A DNA stretch of 57,201 bases from Craspedostauros australis. Taxonomy: Eukaryota. Each line of letters opens with the position of its first letter. Position 1 is the first letter of the stretch. Shown in pieces: positions 34,631 to 45,432 of this stretch. Where the stretch lies: positions 1 to 57,201 of the forward strand of contig JALAGF010004552.1 in assembly GCA_030167865.1 (NCBI GenBank). The letters are read 5' to 3'. The translations under genes were made by a program, and so were the position numbers. The notes under the pieces were generated by a model. It did not search any database and was not told the DNA's origin. It saw only the letters and a program-made list of their open reading frames with translations.

Positions 34631-35248
34631 CCCTAATGAGTTTTTTGCTGACAAATTTGGCACATGTGCCAAATTTGTCACTTCTTTTGGGTTCGCATCA
34701 ACAGCACTACTTGGCCTCCACGTGTAGGTGGCAAGATCGCATGCCAGACCAACATGGTCCTCCAGTGTGGCGGCTTCTCTCATTGTTTAACTGGAACCTT
34801 CTGGCGCAGGCAATTTCCGCTGCAAACAAGGCCACATAAGGAATTCAGAACCCTAAGGACATACCCCATAAATGAATTATTTGTCAACAAGCCGGAACGC
34901 TTCGTGCATAGACACTGTTGAAAGACAATGATTGGATGAAAATCACAGACTTCGCTTGGAAATAGCACTGAANNNNNNNNNNNNNNNNNNNNNNNNNNNN
35001 NNNNNNNNNNNNNNNNNNNNNNNNNNNNNNNNNNNNNNNNNNNNNNNNNNNNAATCAAGAGTTTTGAGGACACAAAAGCGCCTCTCCGCGATAACGCTGT
35101 GTGGAAGTCGAAAAAACATTATCAGTACCACCTCAGCTGGCCGATGCGAACACACTGGATGTGACAAATGTGGCACATCGATCCAAATTTGTCACATCAA
35201 TGTGAAGTGCCAAATTTGTCACATCGGGGGCCCAAAATCTCATTAGGG
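34631..35248. mobile_element. TIR DNA transposon / MITE with piggyBac-like CCCT...AGGG termini and ATAT target-site duplication
   Basis: The left end is ATAT|CCCTAATGAGTTTTTTG and the right end is CAAAATCTCATTAGGG|ATAT. Subterminal TGCCAAATTTGTCA repeats occur at both ends, including a perfect 32-bp palindrome at 34649-34680. The interior is interrupted by an N gap. Confidence 0.75.
34973..35052. other. Assembly gap (80 N)
   Basis: Run of N. Confidence 1.
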
Positions 35249-36537
35249 ATATGTTGTTGTTCAGGAGCAATACGAGCACCACGCATACGAGTAGGTGCCA
35301 GATGTGAACGGTGCCGTCTGCGATGATGCCGGTTGTAGTGGCGATCGTGGTGCTTTGGGCATCCCTTTCTGTCGATCCGAATCAGAACAGCGCTTTCCTT
35401 TTCGATTGCATGCCCACGCTCCGACGAGCTACAATCGGTTATACTGCACAGCATGGCTTTCACCTCCGACGCAAGGTTGGCGCAATGGTGTGGTGGAGAT
35501 TGCCTATTGCCAATGCTGTTCCACAGCAACCGTGCTGTTCCTCCCCAGGAGGATTGAAAGAATGGGGGCTGTGATTGGATCCATGACGCACTTACCGCTG
35601 ATTTAAGCCCACGCCTTGTTTGTGCGTGTCTGGGTCGCGTATGCAAACAACAGCCATCACTTCTCCGGTTCGGGTCTCGGTGTTCCTTGCAGCCCATTGA
35701 AGTTGCGTTGACCCGAGGTCCGTTCGGTCCATCGGCTCATTCTTGTGAGGTACCAACGTTGTTGTTCTCTCGTCTCAGTCGCTCTCTCTTTCTGTCCCTC
35801 TTGTCGATGAGAGTGAGAGAGCTGCTCGGCACGGGGACTACGATCTACGAGAGTACTATGTGTCATGTCATGCCATGCCATGCCATGCTGCGCCATGCCA
35901 TACTCCTACTCCTACGCGTACGCAAGAAGTGATGAGTAAATCCACGGCGAAAACGGAGAGTGTGACCGCTCCACCATCGCAGGATTTACTCTCTCATCTG
36001 TGCTCCAATTGGCGAACAGAGAAGGAGTCGTGACAAGCTAACAAGGCGCAAACACCAATTTGTCTCACATAATTTGTTAGGGGAAAAGGTGATTTCGTCT
36101 GTCCACACCTCATTCGTATCCTGCTGTTTATGTCACACTTATGATTCGACGTGTTCGCGCTGTCAACTGGCCCAACACAATGGCAACGAGGTGGCCGAGA
36201 TCTCGCCAAGTCCTCCCCTTCATCAATTGTGGTCGCTCGTTGACCACTACAAGAAGGGAAGGTGGGCACTCACTCCGTCCACACACTCCGCCCACCGAGG
36301 CCAGAGCCGGAACGGTGGTTGCGCTTTCTCTCTCTCTCTGGGATGTTTGGCCGTTTTTGTGTTCTATTCTGTCAGATTTGTGGTAAATCCACGATCCTGC
36401 TACTCCTGCGCGCACGTTCCTTGCCGTGGCACCCATCAATCACAAAAAAGCAAACTCAGACGCAAAGTCAATCCCATGGACAGCGCCGTTGAGACTCGAT
36501 CCTTTCATCTCTTGCATCACCCGTCCGCTCGTTGTCG

Positions 36538-37473
36538 ATGTTGCCGTCGCAAATGTTGGCAGATCTCGTCACCAGCAGCAATGAGAGCGTCTACGCGATG
36601 CAGAACGGAGACTTTGTTGCTGCTGAGGAAGTCATCCGTGAAATCCTGTGCTCCATCCGACAATTCCTCACGGCTTCAACACTCCCGCCACCAGCATCGG
36701 GACAAGCAAACGGCTCTTACAGCAACACAAGCATTGCTAATCTCGGCAGCGGCGGCAACGATGGCAATGGTGATCAAGATGAGAATGACCACAGCGGCCT
36801 CACCCACCATCCAACTCATGATGCAGCGAGCGTGGCCACAGAAAGCGCATTCAGTGTCAGCGGCGGTCATGGCAACCCCCACCGCAGCCAAGTGCATCAC
36901 GCGCGTCATGATCACAGCACCAACAGCCGTGACGCACCGACTGCGCTTCCGGACGTCCTGCTGCAAGGTGCGCCCGTTTCAATTCCAAGTCGCCGAACAC
37001 GACAGTCCCTCATCATGTACACCTACGCGAGATGGGTACCCAATGCCAGCCTTGTGGTTGATGCGGTGACACGGGAACACTTCCTGTGGCTGGCAACAAT
37101 CGTCATTTACAACCTCGCGCTGACGTACCATCTACATGCAGCACAGAGTCAGACGTTGTGCTCGGAGACAACGCGCCTCCTCACGGCACAGAGCCTGTAC
37201 AAGCATGCCTACGCGTTGATTGCAACATTCCCCCCGCAAATGAGGATGCAGGACCTTCCTCGCGTCCTGGGCATCTGGATGAACCTTGCTGATATCTACG
37301 ATGAGCTCGGAGACTCGTGGAACGCGTGGCTGTGCTGGCAGCAATTCAACCACCATCTCCTGCTACCGGACCAGACGCCATTCCAGCACGAGCAAACAAT
37401 CCAAGAAGGTCTGAGGGTGATCGTGTGGGCAACAGCCTTGTTCTACCGAGACAGATCAGCCCCAGCGGCATGA
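36538..37473 (+). CDS. Diatom-typical TPR-like helical protein (C-terminus SAPAA)
   Basis: Motifs SNESVYAMQNGDF...ATIVIYNLALTYHL...LYKHAY...LGIWMNLADIY...SAPAA*. It appears paralogous to 47138-48421. The start is uncertain. Confidence 0.75.
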   Translation: MLPSQMLADLVTSSNESVYAMQNGDFVAAEEVIREILCSIRQFLTASTLPPPASGQANGSYSNTSIANLGSGGNDGNGDQDENDHSGLTHHPTHDAASVATESAFSVSGGHGNPHRSQVHHARHDHSTNSRDAPTALPDVLLQGAPVSIPSRRTRQSLIMYTYARWVPNASLVVDAVTREHFLWLATIVIYNLALTYHLHAAQSQTLCSETTRLLTAQSLYKHAYALIATFPPQMRMQDLPRVLGIWMNLADIYDELGDSWNAWLCWQQFNHHLLLPDQTPFQHEQTIQEGLRVIVWATALFYRDRSAPAA

Positions 37474-37730
37474 TCGAAAGACGCTAGGCGGAAAGTTGCA
37501 TCAAGACACACCAACCAAGAAACTGACAAAGCCGGCTCATGACCGTGCTCCACACTAAAAGGCTCCTGCGCCGCAAGGCTGGAGTGCACATGCCGACGAA
37601 CAGTGATGTGCGCCTACATTTTTTCCCTCGCGGCTGTGTGCCCTGATCATTTCACGATCCGCCAGAGATATCAACGTCAAAAAATGGAGGGAGCTATTTG
37701 ATCTTTCTTACGTCGAACAATCACCAGTGA

Positions 37731-40700
37731 TCATTTCTCAGTTTCTAATCCGAACTTCCTGACCAACTGCTCATCCAAGACATTGCGGCTGATGGTCTCA
37801 CGATTGCGGAAAGGCACGTCCAACCGGCCAGCCGTGTAAGCACCGATGAGCAAGCCGACCAGTGCCTGTTTCGACCCATCCGCCTCAAGCAGAGCGCTGG
37901 CAAGTTCGATGACTGCATCAGCCAGATTGCGGTGCACCTTCAGCAATCTGGATCGAATCGCGGCGTTGCTCCCGCCACAGCGAGATGCTGCCGTGGCAAC
38001 GCACCGAACAAGCATGCCGACTCCGAGAAGGACGATATAACCATCAGCAGGCCGAATCGCATTCGATGGGCTGATCAGGAGAGTGACAGCGTCCAGGACA
38101 TCAGCATCATCGCGCTTGGATTGATCGGCGCTAGGCAGCCCACCAAGCATGCTCTGTGCCAGCAACACGCTCAAGTCCTCAGCGCTTGCGTCATCTATCT
38201 CTCTGGGCAACGTCAGCAGATGCGCGATGCTCCTCAGCTCGTCGATCGCACGGCATCGGATGCGGCCCGGGAACAGTGGCAGCAAGAACAGCCTGACTAT
38301 CATGGTGAAGAAATCGTACTGGGCACCGTAATCCTTGTACGCATTCGCCAGATCCTCGAGGAATGCCTCCAACGACTTGATGCCGTCAGATGACACTCCG
38401 CCCGTTCCAATATTCGGGTTGAAGAATGCCATCAGCTGTTCCTCCTGAGGATTCAGCTTGTCATCGAAGGGATTTGCTCCTCCTACCCCCGCCGCTGCTG
38501 CTGGTGTCGATGTTGCGGTGGCATTGGCAGCAGTGGCCGATGGCGATGGACTCGGCGCAGCCTCCGATCCTCCCGCTTGGGATGCTTTCGAGTGCGACTT
38601 TCTATCTTTGCCAGGGCTGGTATGCTCCACGCACGCAGTCGCGAAGTCCACCAGTATTTCCCTGCCTCGCGCATCATCGTCCATGTTGAAGTACGGAAGA
38701 TATCGCTGCAGGATCGATTCTGCCGTTTCGGTGACGCGATCTTCGCGAAGCACAGACTCGGGATGGAGGCATACATTCATCAAGTAGTACATCTTCGAAC
38801 CCAGCGAAAGTCTTGGAGCGTACCCGGCTGTAGACTGCACTTGTTCGTGTGTAGTGCTGCCGCTTGTCGCTTTCGTCCCTGTTTCCGTTGCCACTGCCGT
38901 CGTTGACATTGGCCTTGGTGTTGCGTGCAAGTCTTCTACTTGCTCCAATTCCAGGATAATCCCCAGAGTTGCGGCGACGACTTTGGTTGCTTCGCCGCTG
39001 CCTTGGTCGACGCGGCTGGCATCCTTGACCTGCACAAAGCCTGATAGAGTCTGCCACAACCATTGCTTTCCCATGGGCAAGGTGAAGGTGCTGCTTGCGC
39101 GCGCGTTGTCATCGGTGTCACGTTCGGCGCCGCCGTCTCCGCTGTTTCCCTGCGAGTCGTGGCCACCGCCATGGTCGGATGTGCTCAGCAAGGAATCCAA
39201 TGCAAACGCACCGAAACCCTCCGGAGTGATTCCAAAGCCGTGATGGAGCTTGAATGAGTGGTCCAACTGCTTCCTTGCGCTTGGAGTTCCACACAACTCG
39301 CCAAGGAACATGGATGATATTGGCGATGCTGATTCCGCCGAGAACGGCGACCCGTCGTCGTTGTCATTGACATTAGCGTCAATATTGCCCGTGCCGCTAT
39401 CGCCAGCTGTGAGTGTTCGCGCGTCTGAATGAGCACTACCGCTGTTCATTTCATCACCGGCGCTGACCCTCGACTGCAGCAGCGGGTTCCCGGTGAGCTG
39501 AAACAGCAGATCCTGACTGAACAGGATGGCGGCAAGGGATTCGTTGCCGTGTTCCAAGCGTCCGACCATGGCGAAGATGAGGTATCGGATTCTGGAAATG
39601 TCGACAGATGCCGTGATTACTCCAGCGGCAACCTCGTGGGTCAGCAGCTTCCCGACTGCAGAGATGCCCCGATTGATCCATCCACGACGCGCGATCGATA
39701 ACAACAGATGTGCGTTGCTTCGTGGTGGCGATGATGATGCTGACGTTCCGTCGATTTGTTGGAATTTCATGGATTCGGCGATCCCTTCCATGAACGCCGC
39801 ATTTATTTGGTCCAGGATGGATGTCAGAGAAAGCTTGAGCTGTTGCATCAAGGCAGGATTTGTGCCACCCGCGCAGCCCTCGGACATGCGGATGTTTTGT
39901 TCAATCGCGATCACGAGAGATACCAGAGACTCGAGGAACGCAGAGCAGCTGGCTTCAACCTGCGCAGATGGGAGGCTCACTTCCTGGCCGCCCTGGCTCC
40001 TGTCGACAAAGCGAACGGGCTGCGCAGTGAGATCCATGGCACCAACGTACGGTAACAGCTGCTTCCAAGCATATTCCACCAACCCATCTGGCCGCAGCCA
40101 CCCGAACAGCTTCGAGAGGCACGCGACCTGATCTTCTGCTGCAATCGATTCTGAATCGCTGGATTTCGAATCTCCAGCATCAGTATCCTGCACCGGATTC
40201 GGTGGAAGGTTCAGGAACGCCGACAGCACGCGCATGCGAACAGCATTCCAAACCAGCATCGAGCAAACTTTGTTCGCGTCGCTGTCGCCGTCGATGTTGG
40301 CTTCGACAGTATCTGCATCTATGAGCTGGGACAGCGACACCGATCGAGTTGACGACAGAACGGTGGTGGAGAGCGTCAGTGCTTCCACTTGTGCCTGGTT
40401 GAAAAGCTTACTTGCCACGATGACGGCCGGCGGTTTGCTGTATAGCACCTTGGTGCAGTTCAGCACTTCGGCGAAACACGACAGGAACTCGTTGGAAAGC
40501 GGGTACTCAACGCGTTCGCTATTGCGTTCGCCATTGCGTTTCGGGCTGTCCCATTGGCCGATGGCCAAGTGACGGGCCGACAATGTGCTCATGGTGGACA
40601 AGCCTGACAAGCCAAGGCCGTAGCGGAGCATCGTCCTCCACAGTATCAACCCCTGACGCTGCAGGCTGTGCTCGTGTTGATTTTGGGCGGTGCTGCAGAG

Positions 40701-42875
40701 CAACGGAGGTAGAAGATCCAGCAGTATATCCTTCTCATCGATGGCTTGCGCTACGACTCTGGATTGGCGCGCGAGGGTCCTGAGCAGTGTGAGAACGGCG
40801 AAGTCGGCGCCGTACTGCGCTGGGATTGTTCGAGCCAGAAATTCATTGCTGCCACCTTGCGTCCCCCCAGGAAGTGCGGTCTCCTCGTCGTCGACTGGCG
40901 CGGCACCGATGTTGTCTTGGAGATACGACTGTCTGCGCAAGGAGAGGTCCAAGAGATTGGATATGAGGGTGGGGTGATGCATAATCGCGGAGGCGGCACC
41001 AGGACTGCGCTGACCTATCATTGCGAGTATCCCAGCTGCCGCGATGACGCCCTCCGGTGGAAACGCTTGGTCGTCATGCAGCTGCTGCTGCTGTCTTTGG
41101 CTCTGTGCGCTGGCAGACTGTTGTTCGCTGCGAGGCACGTCGGTTCCCGCACCTGTGTCGCCATCCTCCTTCGTTTCCTCGTCAGTACGGTCATCAAGGT
41201 CTTTGGCGATGGTGCTGGATCCCATCTTGAGCAGCTGCGCCAAGCGTGGGATCATCTTCATCTTGGAAAGGAGAGTCCACATGGGGTCATTGGCAAATGC
41301 CTTGGCGTCAGAATTGGCGGACGTGGACGATGAGTTGGTGGCGTATGCTGCAGCTTCGCCAGTCTTGGATTTGGGGATGTTCGGGTTGGAGACCGGCTCG
41401 ATCGTCGTCGGTGCGTAGAGCTTATCGAGAGAGGGTGTTGGGATAGCATCATCCATTAAATACGTCACATGGATGTGGTGATCGTGGTTGTCCGCGGTGG
41501 CGTCTCCGAGAACCGAATCCTCCTCGATGGTGTCGATGGCATGGTGCATATCGACCGAGACGACATGATCACGGTTCGAGTAGAGCAGAACTAAGCTGTG
41601 CAAGCTCTGAAGCACAAGGGAATGCAACTGGAAGCCGTTGAGTTTCGAGGTAGGTTGATCAAGAATGCACCTGAGTGAGACTGCGAGAAGGTCAGGGAGC
41701 TTCGGTAGTGATGGTGATGTCGATGGCGGTGGTCGCTGCCGCTGCTGCATGGTTTGATCAGCCTCAGCCCTATTGCTTTGCAATGTCTCGGTCACAACCT
41801 TGACAGCCCACAATATCTGCCTGGGCGAAGTCGAACGCAGCAACCTGCATGCGGTTTCGAATTCTGTCTCATTTTCTGGAACTGTGCTGTGAGGAACAGC
41901 GTCATAATCTCCGGACCTTTCCTTCTGCTCCAGATACAGCGCATCCAGCTGTTCGTAAGTTTGCACCGATGCCAGCGCTTGATCCGTGCCTGCGTGGGGT
42001 GCTCTCGCTGCGGAGTCTTCGCTCGATTGAACTGAGTGCGCCGATGCTGATGCATTGGTTGGTGCCGTGGCTTCTTTCTGCACAATGTACGACGGTGTCG
42101 CAAATGAAACGCGTTTGCCTCCTTGCTGCTGCTGCTCCTGTTGCTGCTTGTTTTTCTTCTGTGCTCCACGTCGTTTCAAGAATGAAATTGCCTGCGGGGA
42201 AAGAATTGCGCTGATTTCATTCAAGGACTCTTGAATGTCAGCCTTCGACATGCCGGTCACCATGGCTGAGGCATCGTTGCTGGAATGATTCGATGGATCT
42301 GGCACACCATCTGCCATGCCTTCACCGTGCGTGTCCTTTTGTTTTTCGTAGGAAACATCAGGGTTGGTATCGTCTCCTTCCAACGGAGGCATTTCATCAT
42401 CCTCCTCGTTGTCATCGTTGCAAGCTTGACTTCTTCCATCGCCATCAGCCTTGCCAACAGGAAGATCCTTTGCTTTGGTGGTTGCCGTCCCTTTGGAACG
42501 TGTGTGTGTTGCAGCAGGGCCTTGCTGATCCCTGCCCTGATGCACAAAGGTCCCGATAGGGTGATCCAATGATGGGAACCCAGTGGGAGCATCACTTGAT
42601 GTGACCTCAGATGCAGGCACTTCCACGTTCGCACTGGTGGGTGTCGAAGCCATGAATCTGGACTGCCTGTTGGCGTTGGCGTTAGCGTTGCCACCGCCGC
42701 CATTGCTACTGTCGGCATGCTTCTTGGCACGACGACGGAACGGACGACGGCTCTTCTGCGCAGGAGCTCTCTCAACAACGGAACCAACAAGAGAGAGGGC
42801 GCCGAGCGCATTGGGACCACCTTCACCCGCGGCAGCGCCGCCCTTCGTCCCTGCTCTGCTCGCGCTTGGCATCAT
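37731..42875 (-). CDS. RPAP1: RNA polymerase II-associated protein 1 (RPAP1/Rba50/MINIYO-like)
   Basis: A 1714-aa ORF with LVGSVVER and TGFP. It has an RPAP1_N-like MSKADIQESLNEISAILSPQAISFLKRR, an RPAP1_C-like RLLRSTSPRQ, and a helical remainder. Confidence 0.8.
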   Translation of the reverse strand: MMPSASRAGTKGGAAAGEGGPNALGALSLVGSVVERAPAQKSRRPFRRRAKKHADSSNGGGGNANANANRQSRFMASTPTSANVEVPASEVTSSDAPTGFPSLDHPIGTFVHQGRDQQGPAATHTRSKGTATTKAKDLPVGKADGDGRSQACNDDNEEDDEMPPLEGDDTNPDVSYEKQKDTHGEGMADGVPDPSNHSSNDASAMVTGMSKADIQESLNEISAILSPQAISFLKRRGAQKKNKQQQEQQQQGGKRVSFATPSYIVQKEATAPTNASASAHSVQSSEDSAARAPHAGTDQALASVQTYEQLDALYLEQKERSGDYDAVPHSTVPENETEFETACRLLRSTSPRQILWAVKVVTETLQSNRAEADQTMQQRQRPPPSTSPSLPKLPDLLAVSLRCILDQPTSKLNGFQLHSLVLQSLHSLVLLYSNRDHVVSVDMHHAIDTIEEDSVLGDATADNHDHHIHVTYLMDDAIPTPSLDKLYAPTTIEPVSNPNIPKSKTGEAAAYATNSSSTSANSDAKAFANDPMWTLLSKMKMIPRLAQLLKMGSSTIAKDLDDRTDEETKEDGDTGAGTDVPRSEQQSASAQSQRQQQQLHDDQAFPPEGVIAAAGILAMIGQRSPGAASAIMHHPTLISNLLDLSLRRQSYLQDNIGAAPVDDEETALPGGTQGGSNEFLARTIPAQYGADFAVLTLLRTLARQSRVVAQAIDEKDILLDLLPPLLCSTAQNQHEHSLQRQGLILWRTMLRYGLGLSGLSTMSTLSARHLAIGQWDSPKRNGERNSERVEYPLSNEFLSCFAEVLNCTKVLYSKPPAVIVASKLFNQAQVEALTLSTTVLSSTRSVSLSQLIDADTVEANIDGDSDANKVCSMLVWNAVRMRVLSAFLNLPPNPVQDTDAGDSKSSDSESIAAEDQVACLSKLFGWLRPDGLVEYAWKQLLPYVGAMDLTAQPVRFVDRSQGGQEVSLPSAQVEASCSAFLESLVSLVIAIEQNIRMSEGCAGGTNPALMQQLKLSLTSILDQINAAFMEGIAESMKFQQIDGTSASSSPPRSNAHLLLSIARRGWINRGISAVGKLLTHEVAAGVITASVDISRIRYLIFAMVGRLEHGNESLAAILFSQDLLFQLTGNPLLQSRVSAGDEMNSGSAHSDARTLTAGDSGTGNIDANVNDNDDGSPFSAESASPISSMFLGELCGTPSARKQLDHSFKLHHGFGITPEGFGAFALDSLLSTSDHGGGHDSQGNSGDGGAERDTDDNARASSTFTLPMGKQWLWQTLSGFVQVKDASRVDQGSGEATKVVAATLGIILELEQVEDLHATPRPMSTTAVATETGTKATSGSTTHEQVQSTAGYAPRLSLGSKMYYLMNVCLHPESVLREDRVTETAESILQRYLPYFNMDDDARGREILVDFATACVEHTSPGKDRKSHSKASQAGGSEAAPSPSPSATAANATATSTPAAAAGVGGANPFDDKLNPQEEQLMAFFNPNIGTGGVSSDGIKSLEAFLEDLANAYKDYGAQYDFFTMIVRLFLLPLFPGRIRCRAIDELRSIAHLLTLPREIDDASAEDLSVLLAQSMLGGLPSADQSKRDDADVLDAVTLLISPSNAIRPADGYIVLLGVGMLVRCVATAASRCGGSNAAIRSRLLKVHRNLADAVIELASALLEADGSKQALVGLLIGAYTAGRLDVPFRNRETISRNVLDEQLVRKFGLETEK

Positions 42876-43746
42876 GATCCGATCGAAGCACCGGGTTGTC
42901 TCCGTCCGTTCACCTCCTTTGTGTTGTGGATCTCTTCTGGACCTGTTGTGGGCTTGTTCTGCAGTTGATTCGTTGTCGACCGCTCCACTATCCGTCTCCG
43001 TCCCTCCCCTTCGTTGCGCTTCGGTTGGAGCTTCGTTTTGTGTCGTTTTTGCCTTGATTTGGTTCGATCATGTGTGTGGGGTTTGAGAACACACCCAAAC
43101 CAACCACAGTTTGGGTTCTGTTGATGTGTGTTGGGGACAATCTTCACGTCTGTCTGTAGATGCGTTTGCAGGAGTGTAGAACTAGCTTGATAGCGTTAGT
43201 ATTCACTCAAATCGAACAGTGACGTCATGAAGGTGTCACGACAGCCCTTCCAGAACGTTCCAAACCCATCACATGGCTGGAACACTGGAGAAATTGTTCG
43301 TGATTCAACATCTTGGCGCTGTGTTTCGCCTGCCTTGACGAGATCTTTTGGAATCTCGCCACACACAAAGCTGACAACTCAAGCAAACTACGATGATCGA
43401 GAACTTCTGCGAGAAGCATCAGAACATCATGCAACAAACAACGCACACAAATCAAACCCTGCGCACTTCTGATACCTGACACGTCAGGATACTCGTGCTT
43501 TGCAGGTCTTCCGCCAAAGATACCTCCTCCTCCTCCTCTTCGTGCAATCGCATTGAGTCCTCTGCATACACGTAGAATACCATACTATATTCGGCATCGG
43601 ATCTGCATCATCCATCATCAATCGCATTTGTGAACTGGAGCCGGCTGCATCTGACCGACTCTCACAGACGCCAAGCAAACAGAGATTTCATTCATCACAT
43701 CACCGCTGCAGTGCATCATTGTGCTCGTGATTGAACCAACAACAGG

Positions 43747-45432
43747 ATGTTCAGGCCGGCGGTTTCAAAGATCCGAATGGGGATTGCTCCTTCGTCTTCA
43801 TTGGCCAGGATGACTGGTGGTAGGATGCATCCAGCCGCCTTCTCCGCGTCGCTGGTGTCGGACATCCAGTCGATGCATCAGAGGAGCTCATCCACCAAAG
43901 CCCAACCATCATCCCTGCCACCTCTCGAGAACATCCCACTGGTGGGAGGAGAGAGCGATGGGAGGCTGGTGGTGCTTGGCACGGGATGGGGCGCATTCAA
44001 CCTCGCCCAGCGTCTATTTCAGCACTACAAATACAAAGATGAGGTCCGCATCGTCAGCCCCGCCAATCACTTCCTCTTCACGCCGTTGCTGCCAAGCACC
44101 GCGGTCGGCACGCTGGAGTTCCGCTGCATCGAGGAACCCATTCGCAAGGTGCTCAAGGGATATCCGGACGCCAGGTACGTCCAGGCCAAGGCGCAGTACG
44201 TCGATCCGGACGAGAAGGTCATCCTCTGCCAGTCCACGATGAAGCGCTTCAACGCCGCGTCACTGTTGCCAGCAGGCTCGGATGGAGAGTCCGCCGCGAA
44301 GACCACCACCAACGCTTCGGAATGGTTCAAGATCAAGTACGACCAGCTCGTCATCTCCGTCGGCGTCAAGACCAACACATTCGGCATCCCCACCATCCAG
44401 GAGGGCAACGGCGTCTACTTCTTGAAGAATCTATACCACGCCCGGCAGGTGCGCAACAACATCATCGATTGCTTCGAGAATGCGGAAATCCCGGGCATGT
44501 CGGATGCGGAACGCAAGCGGTTGCTCTCCTTCGTCATCGTGGGTGGCGGTCCCACATCCTGCGAATTTGCGGCCGAGCTCTACGACTTTGTCACCAATGA
44601 CGCGATCAGCCTCTACCCCGCCATGATGAAGCACGTGACCGTCTCCGTCGTGGAGGCCGGACCCGCTCTGTTGGGACCCTTCGACCAGCAACTGCAGCAG
44701 TACACCAAGGGGCTCTTCGAGAAACGTGACATCAAAGTGCGGCTCGGGACCTCCGTCATTGGGATTGAAGATTACGACGGACACGACGGTGACAATGACG
44801 ATGGTGCGCGGTTCCGGTTTCAGGCAAGGCGCGCCATGCTGTCCGACGGCACGACTTTACCCTTCGGTACCTTGGTGTGGTCCGCTGGGTTGGCGCCGAT
44901 CAACTTGATTAAGAATTGCAAAGAGGCCGGGACACTGCCCACAGCTCGAAACGGCCGCATCCTGGTGGATGAATACCTGCGCGTCAAGGGACACGAAGGC
45001 ACCATCTGGGCCATGGGTGATTCCGCCATGTGCGAGGAGAAGCCGGTGCCGCAGCTTGCGCAAGTGGCACGTCAGCAGGGTCTGTATCTGGCGGATGTCT
45101 TCGCCAAGGGCCAGAATAGGGCTCCAGCCAAATCTCAGAAAAGCGATGGCACGGCGTCAGCATCGGTGCCGCCTCCACCTTCCTACAAACCATTCGAGTT
45201 TTTCAGCTTGGGCAGCATGGCCAGTCTGGGAGAATTCAAGGGAGTTTACGATGGATCGCATGTGGGCAAACCAGGTGAAGAGGTGCAGGTCGGTAGGATC
45301 ACTGGATACATCGCACTCTTCATGTGGAGATTTGCCTACTGGGGCCGCCAGACCAGCATCGAGAACAAGATCTCCATCCCATTCCACTGGTTCAAGAGTT
45401 TCCTTTTCGGGCGAGACGTTTCGCGGTTTTAG
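43747..45432 (+). CDS. Type II (alternative, rotenone-insensitive) NADH:quinone oxidoreductase, mitochondrial
   Basis: Presequence-like N-terminus. Motifs are RLVVLGTGWGA, NHFLFTPLLPSTAVGTLE, IVGGGPTSCEFAAEL, VWSAG, WAMGD, PQLAQVARQQG and C-terminal FGRDVSRF. No clear EF-hand, so NDA-like. Confidence 0.95.
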   Translation: MFRPAVSKIRMGIAPSSSLARMTGGRMHPAAFSASLVSDIQSMHQRSSSTKAQPSSLPPLENIPLVGGESDGRLVVLGTGWGAFNLAQRLFQHYKYKDEVRIVSPANHFLFTPLLPSTAVGTLEFRCIEEPIRKVLKGYPDARYVQAKAQYVDPDEKVILCQSTMKRFNAASLLPAGSDGESAAKTTTNASEWFKIKYDQLVISVGVKTNTFGIPTIQEGNGVYFLKNLYHARQVRNNIIDCFENAEIPGMSDAERKRLLSFVIVGGGPTSCEFAAELYDFVTNDAISLYPAMMKHVTVSVVEAGPALLGPFDQQLQQYTKGLFEKRDIKVRLGTSVIGIEDYDGHDGDNDDGARFRFQARRAMLSDGTTLPFGTLVWSAGLAPINLIKNCKEAGTLPTARNGRILVDEYLRVKGHEGTIWAMGDSAMCEEKPVPQLAQVARQQGLYLADVFAKGQNRAPAKSQKSDGTASASVPPPPSYKPFEFFSLGSMASLGEFKGVYDGSHVGKPGEEVQVGRITGYIALFMWRFAYWGRQTSIENKISIPFHWFKSFLFGRDVSRF

